DNA of 64,000 bases from Tubiluchus corallicola (lineage: Eukaryota; Animalia; Priapulida). Below the pieces are notes generated by a model that was given only the letters and a program-made list of their open reading frames with translations, made no database searches and was not told the DNA's origin. The stretch is from positions 278,854-342,853 of the forward strand of contig JAQGDQ010000238.1 in the NCBI GenBank assembly GCA_030141605.1, in the 5' to 3' direction. Positions 13,598 through 26,589 of the stretch are shown one piece after another. The number at the start of each line of letters is the position of its first letter. The first letter of the stretch is position 1. The translations under genes were made by a program, and so were the position numbers.

Positions 13598-14956
13598 TTA
13601 TCCATGAGGAACTAGAGTACATTTTTATACCAGATCTCATACGAAATTTAGAAACTAAATCTATCCTACAAACATAATAAGTTAATAAGTTAGCTCATGT
13701 TTCAGCCTAAATATTGATCTACGAGTGAGCATAATTGTAATTGTAGATAATTGTGATATTTTGTATTTATTGTAGATAATAGTAATATTTTCTGTATATT
13801 TAGTACTTAACTATATTTGAACGTTTGACCAATGACTCCTGTAGTGTTTTCTGCTGGTTATATTTCCTTAGAAACGCTGCAATATTTTGTTACATTATTG
13901 AGCAAATGCAGTAACAATATTGCGCATTACTGTGAACTAGGAACTGTAATGCTAAGTGGATAAATAAATACTTAAATACTTAATACTTATACGTTGAAAG
14001 TCCGGAATTTGTCAGAAAATTGTACAGAGACAGGGATGCTTCTAGAAATTACAGATATCAGTTGTTCAGTTGTTCCGAATCTATCTACGTGCGTCCACAA
14101 CGTGGGATGGAATACACTTTCAATTTAACAAGTTTTGTATCAATGAAGCGGGGTCTCGTAACAATTGCATGAGAATATGCGTCACTGAGTTTTGGGTCAT
14201 TATTCTCGGGCATTTTGGGCTGGTGTTCATGTCGGGAACTAGACGAATTGGCCGTAATAAGAGTTTTGTACATTCTTCCAGACATTTTTTCAGACAGATA
14301 ATGAAAGATTACCAGCGACACGTTTTTCCAAAGATTGGACATACTTGTTGAGAATCTGTCAAGTGCGTAAAGTAATGTGTGAGTAAAAATGCCATGTGTT
14401 GTAATTAAAATTGTACGAGCAGATAAAGTCAATAAATGTCGTACGTTACCAGAAATAAGTTGCAGATAGGTCATGAATGTCGGTTAACTAGCTTGGCTCT
14501 GACACTAGTCATGGAATATATAACACATAAAAAATTGTCAAATCTTGCGGCAAGTTTCTACCTTTGTCCTGTACATTTGACTTTAAAATTCTTCGTCAGT
14601 TTGCTCAGTAATACACATTAAATAGTGTCTATTTGCACTGATATGGAAACAGTAAACACTGTACTGGCTTACACTACAGCATAGACTGCAAAGGGAACTT
14701 TATGTTTGAATTCGCTTATAATAAAGAGTTTTGGTGTGTGTTTGTGAGTTCGAGCTTCTGTGATAGCAACGTTTGGTAAATTAGTAACAAAGCAGGTTAC
14801 ATACCAAGATGCATCTTTTCCAGGAACCTATTGTTTAGATGTAACCTTTCATGATCAAAAGTTATACTACCAGAACTTGAATCCACGACTTTGTCAGTAG
14901 TTCGATGCAGCTGTTGCTATCATCGTTTAACTCGTAAGCGACACTACCTGCCACAC

Positions 14957-15090
14957 ATGACGACAGTTTTCACTGGAAATAAAGCACTTGTTGTTCTTTG
15001 TTTTAGTGTTGGATTAAATCTAGCGTTTTTCGTGTTTTATCTACGAAATGGTTCACTCGAAATTGCAATTTATAACAGAAACCTCACAAG
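14957..15090 (+). CDS. GAL3ST: Galactose-3-O-sulfotransferase-family protein, exon 1 (type II membrane anchor); join(14957..15090,16568..16697,17129..18049), 394 aa
   Basis: MTTVFTGNK followed by hydrophobic ALVVLCFSVGLNLAFFVFYL. AG|GTATGG phase-2 donor matches the phase of the next exon. Confidence 0.72.
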
Positions 15091-16039
15091 GTATGGCTTA
15101 ACCGCGGAATTGTGTTGCTAAAATGTTATTTCACTGAATATTGCAAAACCTGCGAATATCACCAGACCATTTGCCTCAAGAGAAAAAAAGTGATAGGCAT
15201 GACGTATTTGTAACGCAATAAATGAAAATCCATTTATGTGGCCATGCCTCTGAGCATCTTCCAAGCTATTCTAGTGTCCCAGAATACAAAACCCATTGTA
15301 CAAATAACTCAGAATTATCCCATTCGAAGTTATACGAAAAGACTCGCTGAACAGTACAGGATGATTACTATGAAATTCTTCATTAGTAACAATGAACCGT
15401 TGTTACAGAAAATTCCACAATTACATTTAGGCTTATAATTTTTTATTATTAAATGTTAGTGTTTCGAAAACTCGTTAGTTCTCATAGTCAGATCTGTAGC
15501 AAAAGATAAAAAAGAATTTCAAAACTTCAAAAGCAAAAATAATTACGATAATTTAGAAGATATTTCTAAAGTAGTCATAGTTCGCAATGCATTAACAACA
15601 AAAGACGATAAACATTCTTAGTGTAACTTTAATTAACGTAGAAATGTGATCAGCTAACAATACATTCTGTGGAAAAAGTCGTGATTTAAATTCACTTTAA
15701 AATAAAAAACTTTACAATCCTAATGAAGATTTAACAATATATGGCCAATCAAGGCGTTATTTGACGGGTAGACAATTCTACCTTGTCAAAATTTCCCGTC
15801 AAAATAGTGTCACTTGGATGAGTAGCTGTTCCACTGCCAGGTTTTCGATTTTTAATATCTTAAATTTTTAACATGTTTTTAAATCTAGTTTTCAAATCTT
15901 CTTTACTCTCACCAAAATAAATTTTGTTACAGATCGATGCTTTACAAGGAACATGATATACTGACATGCAATTATAGCTAAATTGAACTTACAACTTGAT
16001 TTGCTAAAGCAAGCAAATGTGGAAAAAATAGTAGCAAAT

Positions 16040-16343
16040 ACACAGACACAAATACAGATACGGATACGGATACGGATACGGATACGGATACGGATACGGA
16101 TACGGATACGGATACGGATACGGATACGGATACGGATACGGATACGGATACGGATACGGATACGGATACGGATACGGATACGGATACGGATACAGATACA
16201 GATACAGATACAGATACAGATACAGATACAGATACAGATACAGATACAGATACAGATACAGATACAGATACAGATACAGATACAGATACAGATACAGATA
16301 CAGATACAGATAGAGACACAGACACAGATATAGATATATATAT
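16040..16343. repeat. (GATACG)n/(GATACA)n hexanucleotide microsatellite in Gal3ST intron 1
   Basis: Direct inspection. Confidence 0.95.
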
Positions 16344-16567
16344 CATTTATCAATACAATATCAATGAATTCATGAATTCTAAAGGCGTATGCTACTTTCT
16401 ATAAACATTGTTTGGATGAAACCATAAATTTTTCTTAAAATTTTGCACGTTTTCTTGGTCAAGCTATTGAAAAGGAATGAAAAATTGCTGAATAGCCTAT
16501 AAACATCATTTTTGTCAAGAGCTGTTTTTATTGCTTCAAAGTTTTGTTTGTTTTTGCCATTTTGCAG

Positions 16568-16697
16568 TGGCCCAGCATCACTCGTGTCAAGCATCAGAAA
16601 TTCATTTGGTTATGCCAAACGATGCAAGGAAGTTGTCCATTTTGTGTTTGTTAAAGTACATAAAACTGGAAGCGACACTCTTGGCGTTATGTTTCAG
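16568..16697 (+). CDS. GAL3ST: Galactose-3-O-sulfotransferase-family protein, exon 2
   Basis: ttttgcag acceptor and CAG|GTAGGA donor. Contains the 5'-PSB PAPS-binding motif FVFVKVHKTGSDTL. Confidence 0.9.
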
Positions 16698-17128
16698 GTA
16701 GGAAAATCTAAACAGTAAATTTAACATTTTACTAATACTGTACAAACGAAACTGTTACTGCATTACACGCCTATTAAAATACAAAGTTATTTCGTTCACT
16801 GTGCATGAGGTATACACTATAGCATCTACTGCAGTTAGGTTCTTTAAAGAGCAAAGTTTGGCCATCAAGATAGGTTGTCATTGTCTCTCTAGCTTTTAGA
16901 TGTTGCTATGAAAAAAATACGGTCAAAAACTCACATCTGATCAGATATATTGAATTTGTAAACACTTATCACCAGCACCTTCTTCCCTATCGTTGTTTTC
17001 ATTTCTACCTGCTGCTGATTCTTCTTTCTCTTTCCTTTTTGTCCTTCCTTTTACCTCTTGTATCATTTTACTTTTCGATTTTTCTGTCACGGATTTATTT
17101 GATCCGTGGTTTCTTTGTCACATTTCAG

Positions 17129-18049
17129 AGATTTGGACACGAGAGAAACTTGACGTTTGTCCTTCCTCGTCACAAGTGGAATCTTCGGTGGCCCTACAAC
17201 TTACGCCAAAACGACTATCTGCCATTGAAGACGAAGGAGTTCAACATACTCACCTATCATTGTATGTACAATCGAACATTGTTCCGTCAGCTCATGCCGA
17301 AACAGACCAAATATATTGCCATTCTCAGGTATCCGTACAAGCATTTCAAATCCGCCTTCCACTTCTTCAAAATTGCAGGTCAAATGAGAAAAAGAAACAT
17401 TTCCCAATTGCAACAGATGCAAAATTTCGGTTTGTTTTTGTCAGATCCGGATTTTTATACAAAGCAGTTTAAACTTCAAGTCTTACAGCTACCAAGCCTT
17501 GCATTCGATCTCGGGTTTCAGGCGGAAGATCAGAACGACATGCACAAGACATTCCAGTTCATTAAACAATTAGAACAAGATTTTGACTTGATAATGATCA
17601 CAGAATATTTTGACGAATCTCTGGTTCTTCTCCGCCGCCAGTTCTGCTGGCCGTTGAGGTCCATTTTGTACATTACCAAGAACGTAAAAAAATATCACAG
17701 TTTTCCCGTTAAACGTAATTCAAGTTACGATTACGACAAAGCTTATCAGAAATTGCATCGGAAATGGAATCAGGTCGACTACATCTTATACGACCATTTT
17801 AATGAAACGTTCTGGAGGAAGTTTGGAAGGCAAAATGATATCGTAGAGGAGGTGTTCTATTTTAAAGAACTTAACGCTAATGTGACCGCGTACTGTATGA
17901 CTCCTCATGACAAACGGGAAAAATATTATAATGTGAAGGCTTGTGAGTGGACAAGGGCATTCAGGGTGGGGATAAACGAGTGTAAATGTATGAAAAACTC
18001 TATGAATATGTATATCAGCATCCTAAAAGGCATCTATTATACAGTTTAA
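17129..18049 (+). CDS. GAL3ST: Galactose-3-O-sulfotransferase-family protein, exon 3 (terminal)
   Basis: RFGHERNLTFVLP, FNILTYH, YIAILRYP..HFKSAFHF (3'-PB), FDLG, FDLIMITEYFDESLVLLRRQFCW, WNQVDYILYDHFNETFWRK: typical Gal3ST motifs, open to TAA. Confidence 0.93.
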   Translation, partial: RFGHERNLTFVLPRHKWNLRWPYNLRQNDYLPLKTKEFNILTYHCMYNRTLFRQLMPKQTKYIAILRYPYKHFKSAFHFFKIAGQMRKRNISQLQQMQNFGLFLSDPDFYTKQFKLQVLQLPSLAFDLGFQAEDQNDMHKTFQFIKQLEQDFDLIMITEYFDESLVLLRRQFCWPLRSILYITKNVKKYHSFPVKRNSSYDYDKAYQKLHRKWNQVDYILYDHFNETFWRKFGRQNDIVEEVFYFKELNANVTAYCMTPHDKREKYYNVKACEWTRAFRVGINECKCMKNSMNMYISILKGIYYTV

Positions 18050-18858
18050 CCCTTAGCCGGCCAAGAGGTTTTTATATTACCATAAAGACCAAGCGGGGTA
18101 AAAATTACCCCCATGAAAGTTTTGCTTAACATGTGTTACTAACTGGACAGAATGACCAACTGGTAACGGAGGTGCTCCTATTAATACAAAACCAAGTTCT
18201 GTGGCAAGTTAGCATAGATATATGAGGGCATTAAGGATAAAAAGAGGCATTCCACCATTGCACTATATTGTTTATGCTATATTATTTATGCATGGCTTTT
18301 CAAGTCTTATGAAAATTTTTATAATAGCCTAACGATGTTCACTGTTTAATTCTAAGACATCCACTTCGTCTTCACCTGCTGGATCTTCTAAAATTTTATC
18401 TTCATCAGCTTCAAGCTTAGGCACCTGTACAGCTAGAATTCCCGCCATATTACTAAATGAATAATGTCCACAAACTTTAATGTGAAATTTCCTCTACAGA
18501 TCTACGAAATCTCTTTGCAGAACAGCAGGCTGCAATTGGGAGGTTTGCAGCACTGCTCAGTTTTAAAAGTAAAGGCATGGTGCTACCAGAAAGAAAAATA
18601 CTACGAAGTAAAATCCAAAGTTTTGCCTACATAAAAGAAAGGGGGGTAATAGCTACTCCACGTCTGGTAGTATCTGGCACCTGTGCTTTGTAAAAAGCAT
18701 GAATAGTACTTTTCAACAAATATAAGACATGGTTGCATAATAAATCGAAAAATGTTTAGTCGCTACTAATTTGAAATTTTTCGTTGTGTGCATCAACGCA
18801 AAAAATGTGAGCAAACACTGTTGGGATAATTTTTTACCCCACCTTGGTCGGCTAAGGG
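18050..18858. mobile_element. piggyBac-type non-autonomous element (MITE)
   Basis: TTAA|CCCTTAGCCGGCCAAG ... CTTGGTCGGCTAAGGG|TTAA: CCC-starting TIR, TTAA target duplication and a subterminal inverted repeat. Confidence 0.9.
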
Positions 18859-18894
18859 TTAAAATCACAAAACTGCAAGTGACGCTCCTGGCTT

Positions 18895-19340
18895 TGTGCT
18901 TCAGGTAGCAAACGTTACATTGCAATTAAAATACTGCATAAAAAGAAAATGTTGCTGTATTGCAAACCTATCAAAATACAAAATTATTTTGATTACAGTG
19001 TATGAGGTATATACTAGAGTCTACTGCACCTGGATGTTTTACAGGGCAAACCTTCGCCATCAAGATAGGTTGCCATTGTACCCCTAGCTTTTAGAGATTG
19101 CTACGAAAGAAAATACGTACAACTGATCTGACATGTTGAATTTGTAAACAGCAAAAGTTGGATTTTGCCATCACTGGCACATACTATCTTATTGTTGTTT
19201 TCATTTCTACTTAGTCCTGATTCTTCTTTTCCTTTTCTTTTCTTTCCTTCATGTGTGAACGTATGAAAAATAATGAATAATGAATAAACTCCATGAATAC
19301 GTATATCAGCATCCTAAAAGGTTTTCTTTATATAGTTTAA
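18895..19340 (+). pseudogene. Decayed tandem duplicate of the Gal3ST gene (intron 2 plus last ~20 codons; body of exon 3 deleted)
   Basis: 18940-19240 aligns with intron 16740-17040 (e.g. gccatcaagataggttg, ctagcttttaga, ttgaatttgtaaaca). 19287-19340 aligns with the gene end (tatatcagcatcctaaaagg...tagtttaa). Confidence 0.75.
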
Positions 19341-20263
19341 CTTTAACGCCTCAGTACAATAGTATTTTAGAAATTATAATGACTGCGAACGATGTTATCG
19401 TAACATTTCTGTGTTAATTTTCCGTTCCCTTAATGACTTTCGCAGAAAATAAACCTCAGAGACAAAAACTACTTCTGTAATAGTAATGGTGATTCCATAT
19501 CCATTACTATCTACTTCTTGTAATTAAAATAAAACAATCGTTGACATGCAAAAAAGACCGTAGGTAATATTTTCTATCTAGCAAAAGTTATAAATAGCCG
19601 AGAAGGCAACATACAAGATTGCAACTAAAATTTAAGGATAAAACATGCAAGGATATGGGTAAAATTGCATTCAATGAGCAAACAAAATGTGACCAAATAT
19701 GTACCGTATACAACTCATATTTGCATATTTACCTGATTCATTCTGCAATAAATAACTAATTACTGTATCAGGATCAAAGTTCAGAATGACAGTGGTTTAC
19801 TTTAAAATATAGGTAATGTACAATTGTATGGTAAACAACTAGTGATCACAAGTATTAAGACTCCAAGTTTCATTTCCTTGAACCTGGAAACCAAAAGCAG
19901 CAACCAATTCTATAATGTTGTGGCACACATTTAAATAGGTTAACAAAGACGAAGGAGTAAAGCATTCAAAACCAGTTGGTGTCACAGATGTGAAATCCAA
20001 CTTCCCGCACTTTTTTACCCCATCTGGTGGTACCCAGCGGTAAGAGAAAACTAGCTGCAGTAAATAGCTGATGCCACGCTCTGCTATAGATCATCTTAAA
20101 GGCCGTCCAGGCGTCTGCACAGTCATTCAAAGCAGTACTTTTGTCGAATTTGTCAGTGTTGAAGAACCGTGTGGACGCCGAGAATGACAAGGAAATTTGA
20201 ATGTCACTTACTTTTGACGATATCCAGCTGCTTTTCATTTTCGTCAATGTCGTTCGTTATGCT

Positions 20264-20514
20264 CAGAATGAACAACCAATAATAATGAGCACTGGTGACT
20301 CATCTAGAATGAATAATCAATAATAATGAGCGCTGGTGACTCATCTAGAATGAATAATCAATAATAATGAGCGCTGGTGACTCATCTAGAATGAATAATC
20401 AATAATAATGAGCGCTGGTGACTCATCTAGAATGAATAATCAATAATAATGAGCGCTGGTGACTCATCTAGAATGAATAATCAATAATAATGAGTGCTGG
20501 TCACTCATCTAGAA
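20264..20514. repeat. Minisatellite, 41-bp unit, about 6 copies
   Basis: tagaatgaataatcaataataatgagcgctggtgactcatc. Confidence 0.93.
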
Positions 20515-21098
20515 GAGCCCATTTATAGCGGGTGCCAATTTGTATGCTGACACTAAAAACAACTATTCATTAACCAAAAGCGCCTGCATACATTTTAAAA
20601 GTAGACTAGTAGAAAATACTGAAAAAGTGCTTCTATAAAGTTCTAGAGGTGATTTTCTAAAAGTGGGCAACATAGCCAGACTTATGATGCTCCGAAGAAG
20701 CTGTTGCCGGCTTGGAAAATTGGCAAAAAGAGTCAAAAACGCAAAAACAAAATGGCCACCAAGTTTTTGCACAAACTGTATATTAATCAAAAGAAATAAC
20801 CAGGAAATTAATATTAAGAAGCGATTATGACATCTCTTCTGGGGCAGTTGGATCTAAGAAATCCGCTTTTGTTACTTTCATTTAACAAATAGCCCACGTT
20901 TTCAAAATGGTCACCACACACAAAACGAATTTATGCATGCAGATCATACAATTATATTAGCTTGTTAAAACTAAAATTTTGGCCACTGAGGCCACATCAC
21001 AATGTAGGGTCTGACAGAGAAGCGAGCAATAAGAAACAAACAGTTCAAGACGGAATTTATAGAACCCTGATAGATAGGTAACATAGATAACACTACCT

Positions 21099-21600
21099 CT
21101 AATGCAATCGATCACATTCATCACCACATTTGCACAGAGCTGAGCAAAGAAGACTTGACTGGAATCATTTACATCTCCCACGGCACCCTTTAGCTCGCTG
21201 GCAGCAACATTTAATGAGTTAATGACATGCTTCAAGTCTTAATGTCCAGTGTGGTTCTGACTGGTTCCGACCAATATCACGACTGCAGACTTCTTCTAGT
21301 TCCAGTCGAATCGTGATGGCAGAAATAGAGCAGTGATCAATGCCTGGTCTAATAGTTTCCTACCTGCTACCACGTTGTAGTGTGCTTCACAACGTGGCAG
21401 ATCTTGGAGGAATTGCCTTCATAGACCCTCCCTTTCTTGTTAACATGTTCCTACTTACTTTATCAACTGACACCAGCATGTTAGCTTTGTCATTCAGGAG
21501 TGCTACAAAACATTCAAGCACAGGCAGGAGTTCACTCAGCATGTTTTTGTTACCTGCCTTAATCTATTTTCCTCTCTCTGCAAATGCTGAAGTCCAGTGA
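21099..21600 (-). mobile_element. Decayed DNA-transposon-associated ORF with a C-terminal CXC domain (possibly Academ-type)
   Basis: MLTRKGGSMKAIPPRSATL...EACH*LIKCCCQRAKGCRGRCK*FQSSLLCSALCKCGDEC, with in-frame stops. Superfamily assignment is tentative. Confidence 0.6.
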
Positions 21601-22536
21601 CAACCAAACCAATATTTGTACAAAACTTTTACAGAGCTGACCACTGGGTCCATAGCATTCATAACTTCACATGCCTAATTGAGATATCGCATTTATAAGC
21701 TAGCAAATACATTACACAAGCGGCTGCAGGATTCTTGGTGTTAGTAAGCACCAGATATGGATTTCTTGACCTTGAAAGCCTATAATTAGATACCAAAATT
21801 GTGACATTATGTGCTGTAACAGGTAAGATAAGCTTTTAAGAACTAGTAACAGCTATCGTGTCAGTTATCTTCAAAATTTCGGCCACATTGGATGGTCTCA
21901 TATCCAAACGTAATCATCTTGCTTAGTTCTAGCATTCTAGTGCAAAGCTTCGTAACTTTTAGGCGAAATTAATAAGTTTTCTACCATTCTGGTAGGCTAA
22001 TTATATCAGAACTCTACGCCATTTTGTTTTTTTGCTCATTGGAATGTTTAGGTTGATTTGTCTTTTTGAGGCGCAAACTATGACATACACAGAACACTAT
22101 TATTGGATCAGCTCTGTTATTATCGGCACTTAGCTCAAGAATTACATGCCTACCCTAGACCTGCTATTATGTACAACGATAATAACGCTAACGTTTTTCG
22201 TAAACTCAGATCAGGTCATACATCCATGGCATTCTCTTCAAATTGTTGCAGAACTACATAAAGTCCACTAAACGTTTTGTTAACTGATTGTACGTATAAT
22301 TGTATTTTATGTTGTTATGTAGAATGCCTTTCAATCAAGTACTCATTAATAAACAACGCATGCTAGAATCAACTATATGTACTGCTGCACTACACTAATT
22401 GCATTAATTTTACATGTATTGGATTTCTGAATTAAGTAGCAACATTGTACAATATATTGTACAACTTATACTTTCCGTGGGCTTATAGGCTTATGTACAT
22501 CGAATATAGTTTCTGTTATCGTATCTGGTGCATGGG

Positions 22537-22537
<1 letters not shown>

Positions 22538-22634
<97 letters not shown>

Positions 22635-22690
22635 GAAGAAGAAGAAGAAGAAGAAAAAGAAGAAGAAGAAGAAGAAGAAGAAAAAGAAAT
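22538..22690. repeat. (ATA)n/(AGA)n microsatellite
   Basis: Direct inspection. Confidence 0.95.
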
Positions 22691-24220
22691 GAAGAGAAGT
22701 TAGAGAACGTCCCTTCAACAAGTTATGTGCAAAGTAACTGTCAGTTGAGACATGGGTTCAGGTACTCTCGACAAAAAATTGGCCAAAATCGGAATTTGTA
22801 CTTTTGAGATTTACGCGCAAAACCAAGATGACGCCTAAAATCAGTTAGATCTCCTAAACCATCGAGCCTAGATGAAAAATATGTATTATCGACTGATAGG
22901 AAAGGAAAGGATTCCAAAAATGGCCTTTTTTATCTGTGAAGTTATGATATAACTGATATGACGTCTTGGTGATTTTTGGTCCCAGTGGGCGCCATCTTGG
23001 ATTTATACGTATATAAAGATAACCCACAGCGATGGACTGAAATATTTTCCTGTCTTTGTCGTGGTATTTTTCATTAATTCGTATAAATATAATGCTGAGG
23101 CTTTCCTCTTGGATATTAAATATGTATTTATTTATAATTACATTACATATGCAGTCCTCTTAAAGAAGCTATTTTTGCACTGTTAACAGTACAGAGAGTA
23201 AAAAATATAATATAATCAATATAAAAAATAACGAATATCCTAATTCATATTACATAAAAGCATGGTTGTAAAGCTTGATTAGAATTAAAAAGAAATGAAA
23301 ATGCATTGTAACTAACGACTATTTAGAAGTAATTCCCTGAATTTCTTTCTAAATGTTTAAAAATGTGTAATTTTGCTTAATTCAGTTTTGATTGCATGCT
23401 GATCGGAAAATACACTTGCCCTGATTATAAACCGTACCAGAATTAAGTTTTGCAGTAGGAATAAAAAGCAAATTTGGCCGTCTAGTGGTCCGAGAAATCA
23501 TAATTGTTATATAATTTATAATCATAATTTATAATGGCGTCAGATATGTAGTTATATAATAACTTCTAGGACTAGATGTAGGTGGTCGGTGAATGGGGTG
23601 GTTACCTTTTTTGAGATATTTTTTACTTTTTTCATGTTTTACTTATACGTATTGAAACCTGTTCCGTGTTTTTCATTCTTCAGTACGTCGTTACTTCCTT
23701 TCAGCAACACACAACAAAAGTAACCCAATTGCCATAATTAGCGAATCTCTGGTCTGAAAAGTGAAACAGAACATATTCTAAAGAGCAGGAAAAAGTTTAC
23801 TCTCGAGCAACCCACTCGTAGCGTATCGGAAGTGGTGCTGACAAGCCACTGGCATAGCGGTGTCTACTTTGTTGGTGGATTAACTGCTGTGTTTACCTGT
23901 CTTAATGGCAGATTTCTTTTATTTTAGAGTTCTGCCTGCCCAATGTCTACAATAGACGTAATGGGCATATGGTGATGATCGTAACGCTCAGCTAGACTGA
24001 TAACAATCTACATATCAACTTCATACTAGTTAACATGTCAAACGCTAAGCCTTCCTTGAACAAAGTGCTTGTAAGGTCGGTATGGATAGCGTAACTTAAT
24101 GTTAAAAAACCATAACTTTAAGATGTTATCTCAAGACTATTAAAACCAGCTCACATAACTTAAAAAATCCAAATGGTCATTTAATGCAGAGTAAAGACTA
24201 GAGCTCACTTCATGCAAACA

Positions 24221-24250
24221 ATGGAACTGCATTTGCTGATTTTCACACAG
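24221..24250 (+). CDS. Uncharacterised secreted protein, paralog B, exon 1 of 3; join(24221..24250,25630..25964,28898..29015), 160 aa
   Basis: MELHLLIFTQ|GTAATT. Upstream sequence and intron start resemble those of paralog A exon 1. Confidence 0.8.
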
Positions 24251-25019
24251 GTAATTTTATTAATACGTTTTTTAATTGCTCGCATCCCAGAGATTATTAA
24301 TTGTACAATATTTTCGCGTTTCCATTTTTTGATCTGTTCACTTTTATTTAATTTATTTCAATGTCAGTAAGTCTGTGTTTGTACTATCGTTAAGTTATAA
24401 TCTTCAAAAATTACTTCTCTTTACTTCGTAACTGTCAATCTTTGTACATTTCTATTGCTTTAACCTATTTAACCTCTTTTGTTTAACTCATAGGCCTTAA
24501 GTCAAATAGCCCTATGACTTAATTCAATAAATTCACGTTCACACTATCGTTAATTTGTGACTTGCAACGTTAAGGTTACACATATCTAAGTTTGCAGTAA
24601 TAGAAAAGTATTATGAGCAAATACAACAAATCCATTTTCGTGGTTATTTTTAAAAATAGTCTGTTGTATTTCACCAAAATGCCATTATTCTCGCCTTGTC
24701 CAATTAGGGGTACATTGTGTCTAGAGCCTGTGTTCTCAGGGTCACGCATTAAATCTGAAAACAAATTATAGACAAAAATTCAAAACTGCTTGGTGTACGT
24801 TTACTACGACATTATTTTGTGATATGCATTACATTAAACAGATTTGTGTAGTGCAAATAATTATCGTTGCAATAGGCCTTAGACATACTTTGAACATCTA
24901 ACCGGGTTAAGTAAATTGCCTATGTACGCAATGTGCGGTGGTGCCAGACGTGTAGAACTTTAAAAACAGTGATTGAAAAGTTAAACTTAACATGAAGCTC
25001 TAGGTAACCGAATCAAGAC

Positions 25020-25270
25020 AGGTATGATGTGCTCCGTTGCCAGCAAGAGTGTTATGTAGCTGCAGAGTTTTGTAAACCTTGGAAAGTCCCACGGTATTTC
25101 TGAATGTTCTGAAGAAGGCTGTTGCTGTTATCAACGTAGGATGTTATAAAAGCGTGAACCAAAGTTTGAGCTGAGGCTTCATTATGAAATTTTCTGATCT
25201 GCTTTAAATTATATAGCTGAAAATATTCACTTTTACATATTTTAGTCGCATATTTACCCATTTATCAAAA
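25020..25270 (-). mobile_element. L2-like LINE ORF2 remnant
   Basis: YFQLYNLKQIRKF...AQTLVHAFITSYVDNSNSLL...LQNSAA. Confidence 0.75.
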
Positions 25271-25409
25271 ATGTTTATTTGAAATTCAAAGGCGTTTTGG
25301 AAGAGGCTGCCTAATTTGCGAGTGAATGTAAGTAAATGTAAAATCTCAAATAAAAAGTAACAAAATTTTCATACATAGCCTAAAATAACGCTACCAAACA
25401 CTCTCCTTC

Positions 25410-25412
<3 letters not shown>

Positions 25413-25445
<33 letters not shown>

Positions 25446-25451
25446 CCCCCC

Positions 25452-25492
<41 letters not shown>
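25413..25492. repeat. (CT)n microsatellite
   Basis: Direct inspection. Confidence 0.9.
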
Positions 25493-25498
<6 letters not shown>

Positions 25499-25629
25499 GA
25501 ACAAATAAATAAACGGTTTAGACTGTGAGTATTGGAGAGTATGTCACTCATTCGGTGAATCCGGTTACTGCTTCTTGATTACTCGTATGATTACTTCTGA
25601 GAAATACTTGATTTTCCAATATTTTTCAG

Positions 25630-25964
25630 GTGATGTTTTTAACAGCTGTGTCGTGTCGAAAGGGTTACTCCAGTCATGGTAATTTGGGTCATGGCCGTGG
25701 GGATGGGCCACTGGATCGTTACCACCCAAAAAAGTTCTCTCCTTACAACAACAATCCTGGCGAGCACGGATATCCAGACCAAAGAACCACTCTCGAGCTA
25801 ATTTGTGTGATTTCACCACTTTATAACGGCGATGACTATAGGCGGTTCAATGTGCTTGACAGATATCATACTCAGTATGGATCACCTTTCTCGGCAAATC
25901 CTGGTGACAAAAAATTTCCGCAATTTATAGCTGGATTTAATGCTCCGTTTCGATTACCATTTGC
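25630..25964 (+). CDS. Uncharacterised secreted protein, paralog B, exon 2
   Basis: tttttcag acceptor and GC|GTGAGT donor. VMFLTAVSCRKGYSSHGNLGHGRGDGPLDRYH...FNAPFRLPF. Confidence 0.88.
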
Positions 25965-26589
25965 GTGAGTACACGATCTACTTTGTTTGCTATTGTTAAT
26001 AATAATTATCATCATCACTGCCACAGCCACCCTCACCAACACCACCGCAAACACCAATACCACCAACATCACCAACAAGATCATCATCACTATCATTATC
26101 ATCATAATCATCATCATCATCACTATCATTATCATTGTCGTCGTCGTCGTCTTCGTCATCGTCACCGTCATCGTCATCGTCATAGCAAAGTTAGTAAGAT
26201 GGGGTTCAGTCCCACGAAGACATCAGCTACATTTCAGAAGACAAAACCCTGAAAACATCAGCTTCTCCTAATTGTTGTATTATAGACAAAACATCCTTCC
26301 AACTTGCAAATAAAATACAGTGTATTGACACTAGGTACCTAGCAGCAACAGTCCAGACTAGTCTAGTCAAAATTAAAGCACCTTGAATAAACACGCTTGT
26401 GGTATGTGAACGACAAGTTTTATAAGTTTTATTTACCAGTTATCATTCATGATAAAAGAAAAAATTTCAATCACTAATAGCGTTAGGCTTAAGCCAGTTT
26501 ATGAGAAAGAATAACACAATACTGTCGTGAAGAAAAATAACTACATGCTTTGCATTTTCCTTTCTAACAAAAGCATATTAAACAGTGTA

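Noticed and set aside
13960-14474. 129-aa minus-strand ORF as a host gene
   Set aside because: No recognisable domain. It looks like a decayed LINE C-terminus but is too degenerate to call.
17039-17128. Hydrophobic N-terminus of the 336-aa ORF as the Gal3ST membrane anchor
   Set aside because: It is the intron polypyrimidine tract. The essential KVHKTGS motif is in the upstream exon 16568-16697.
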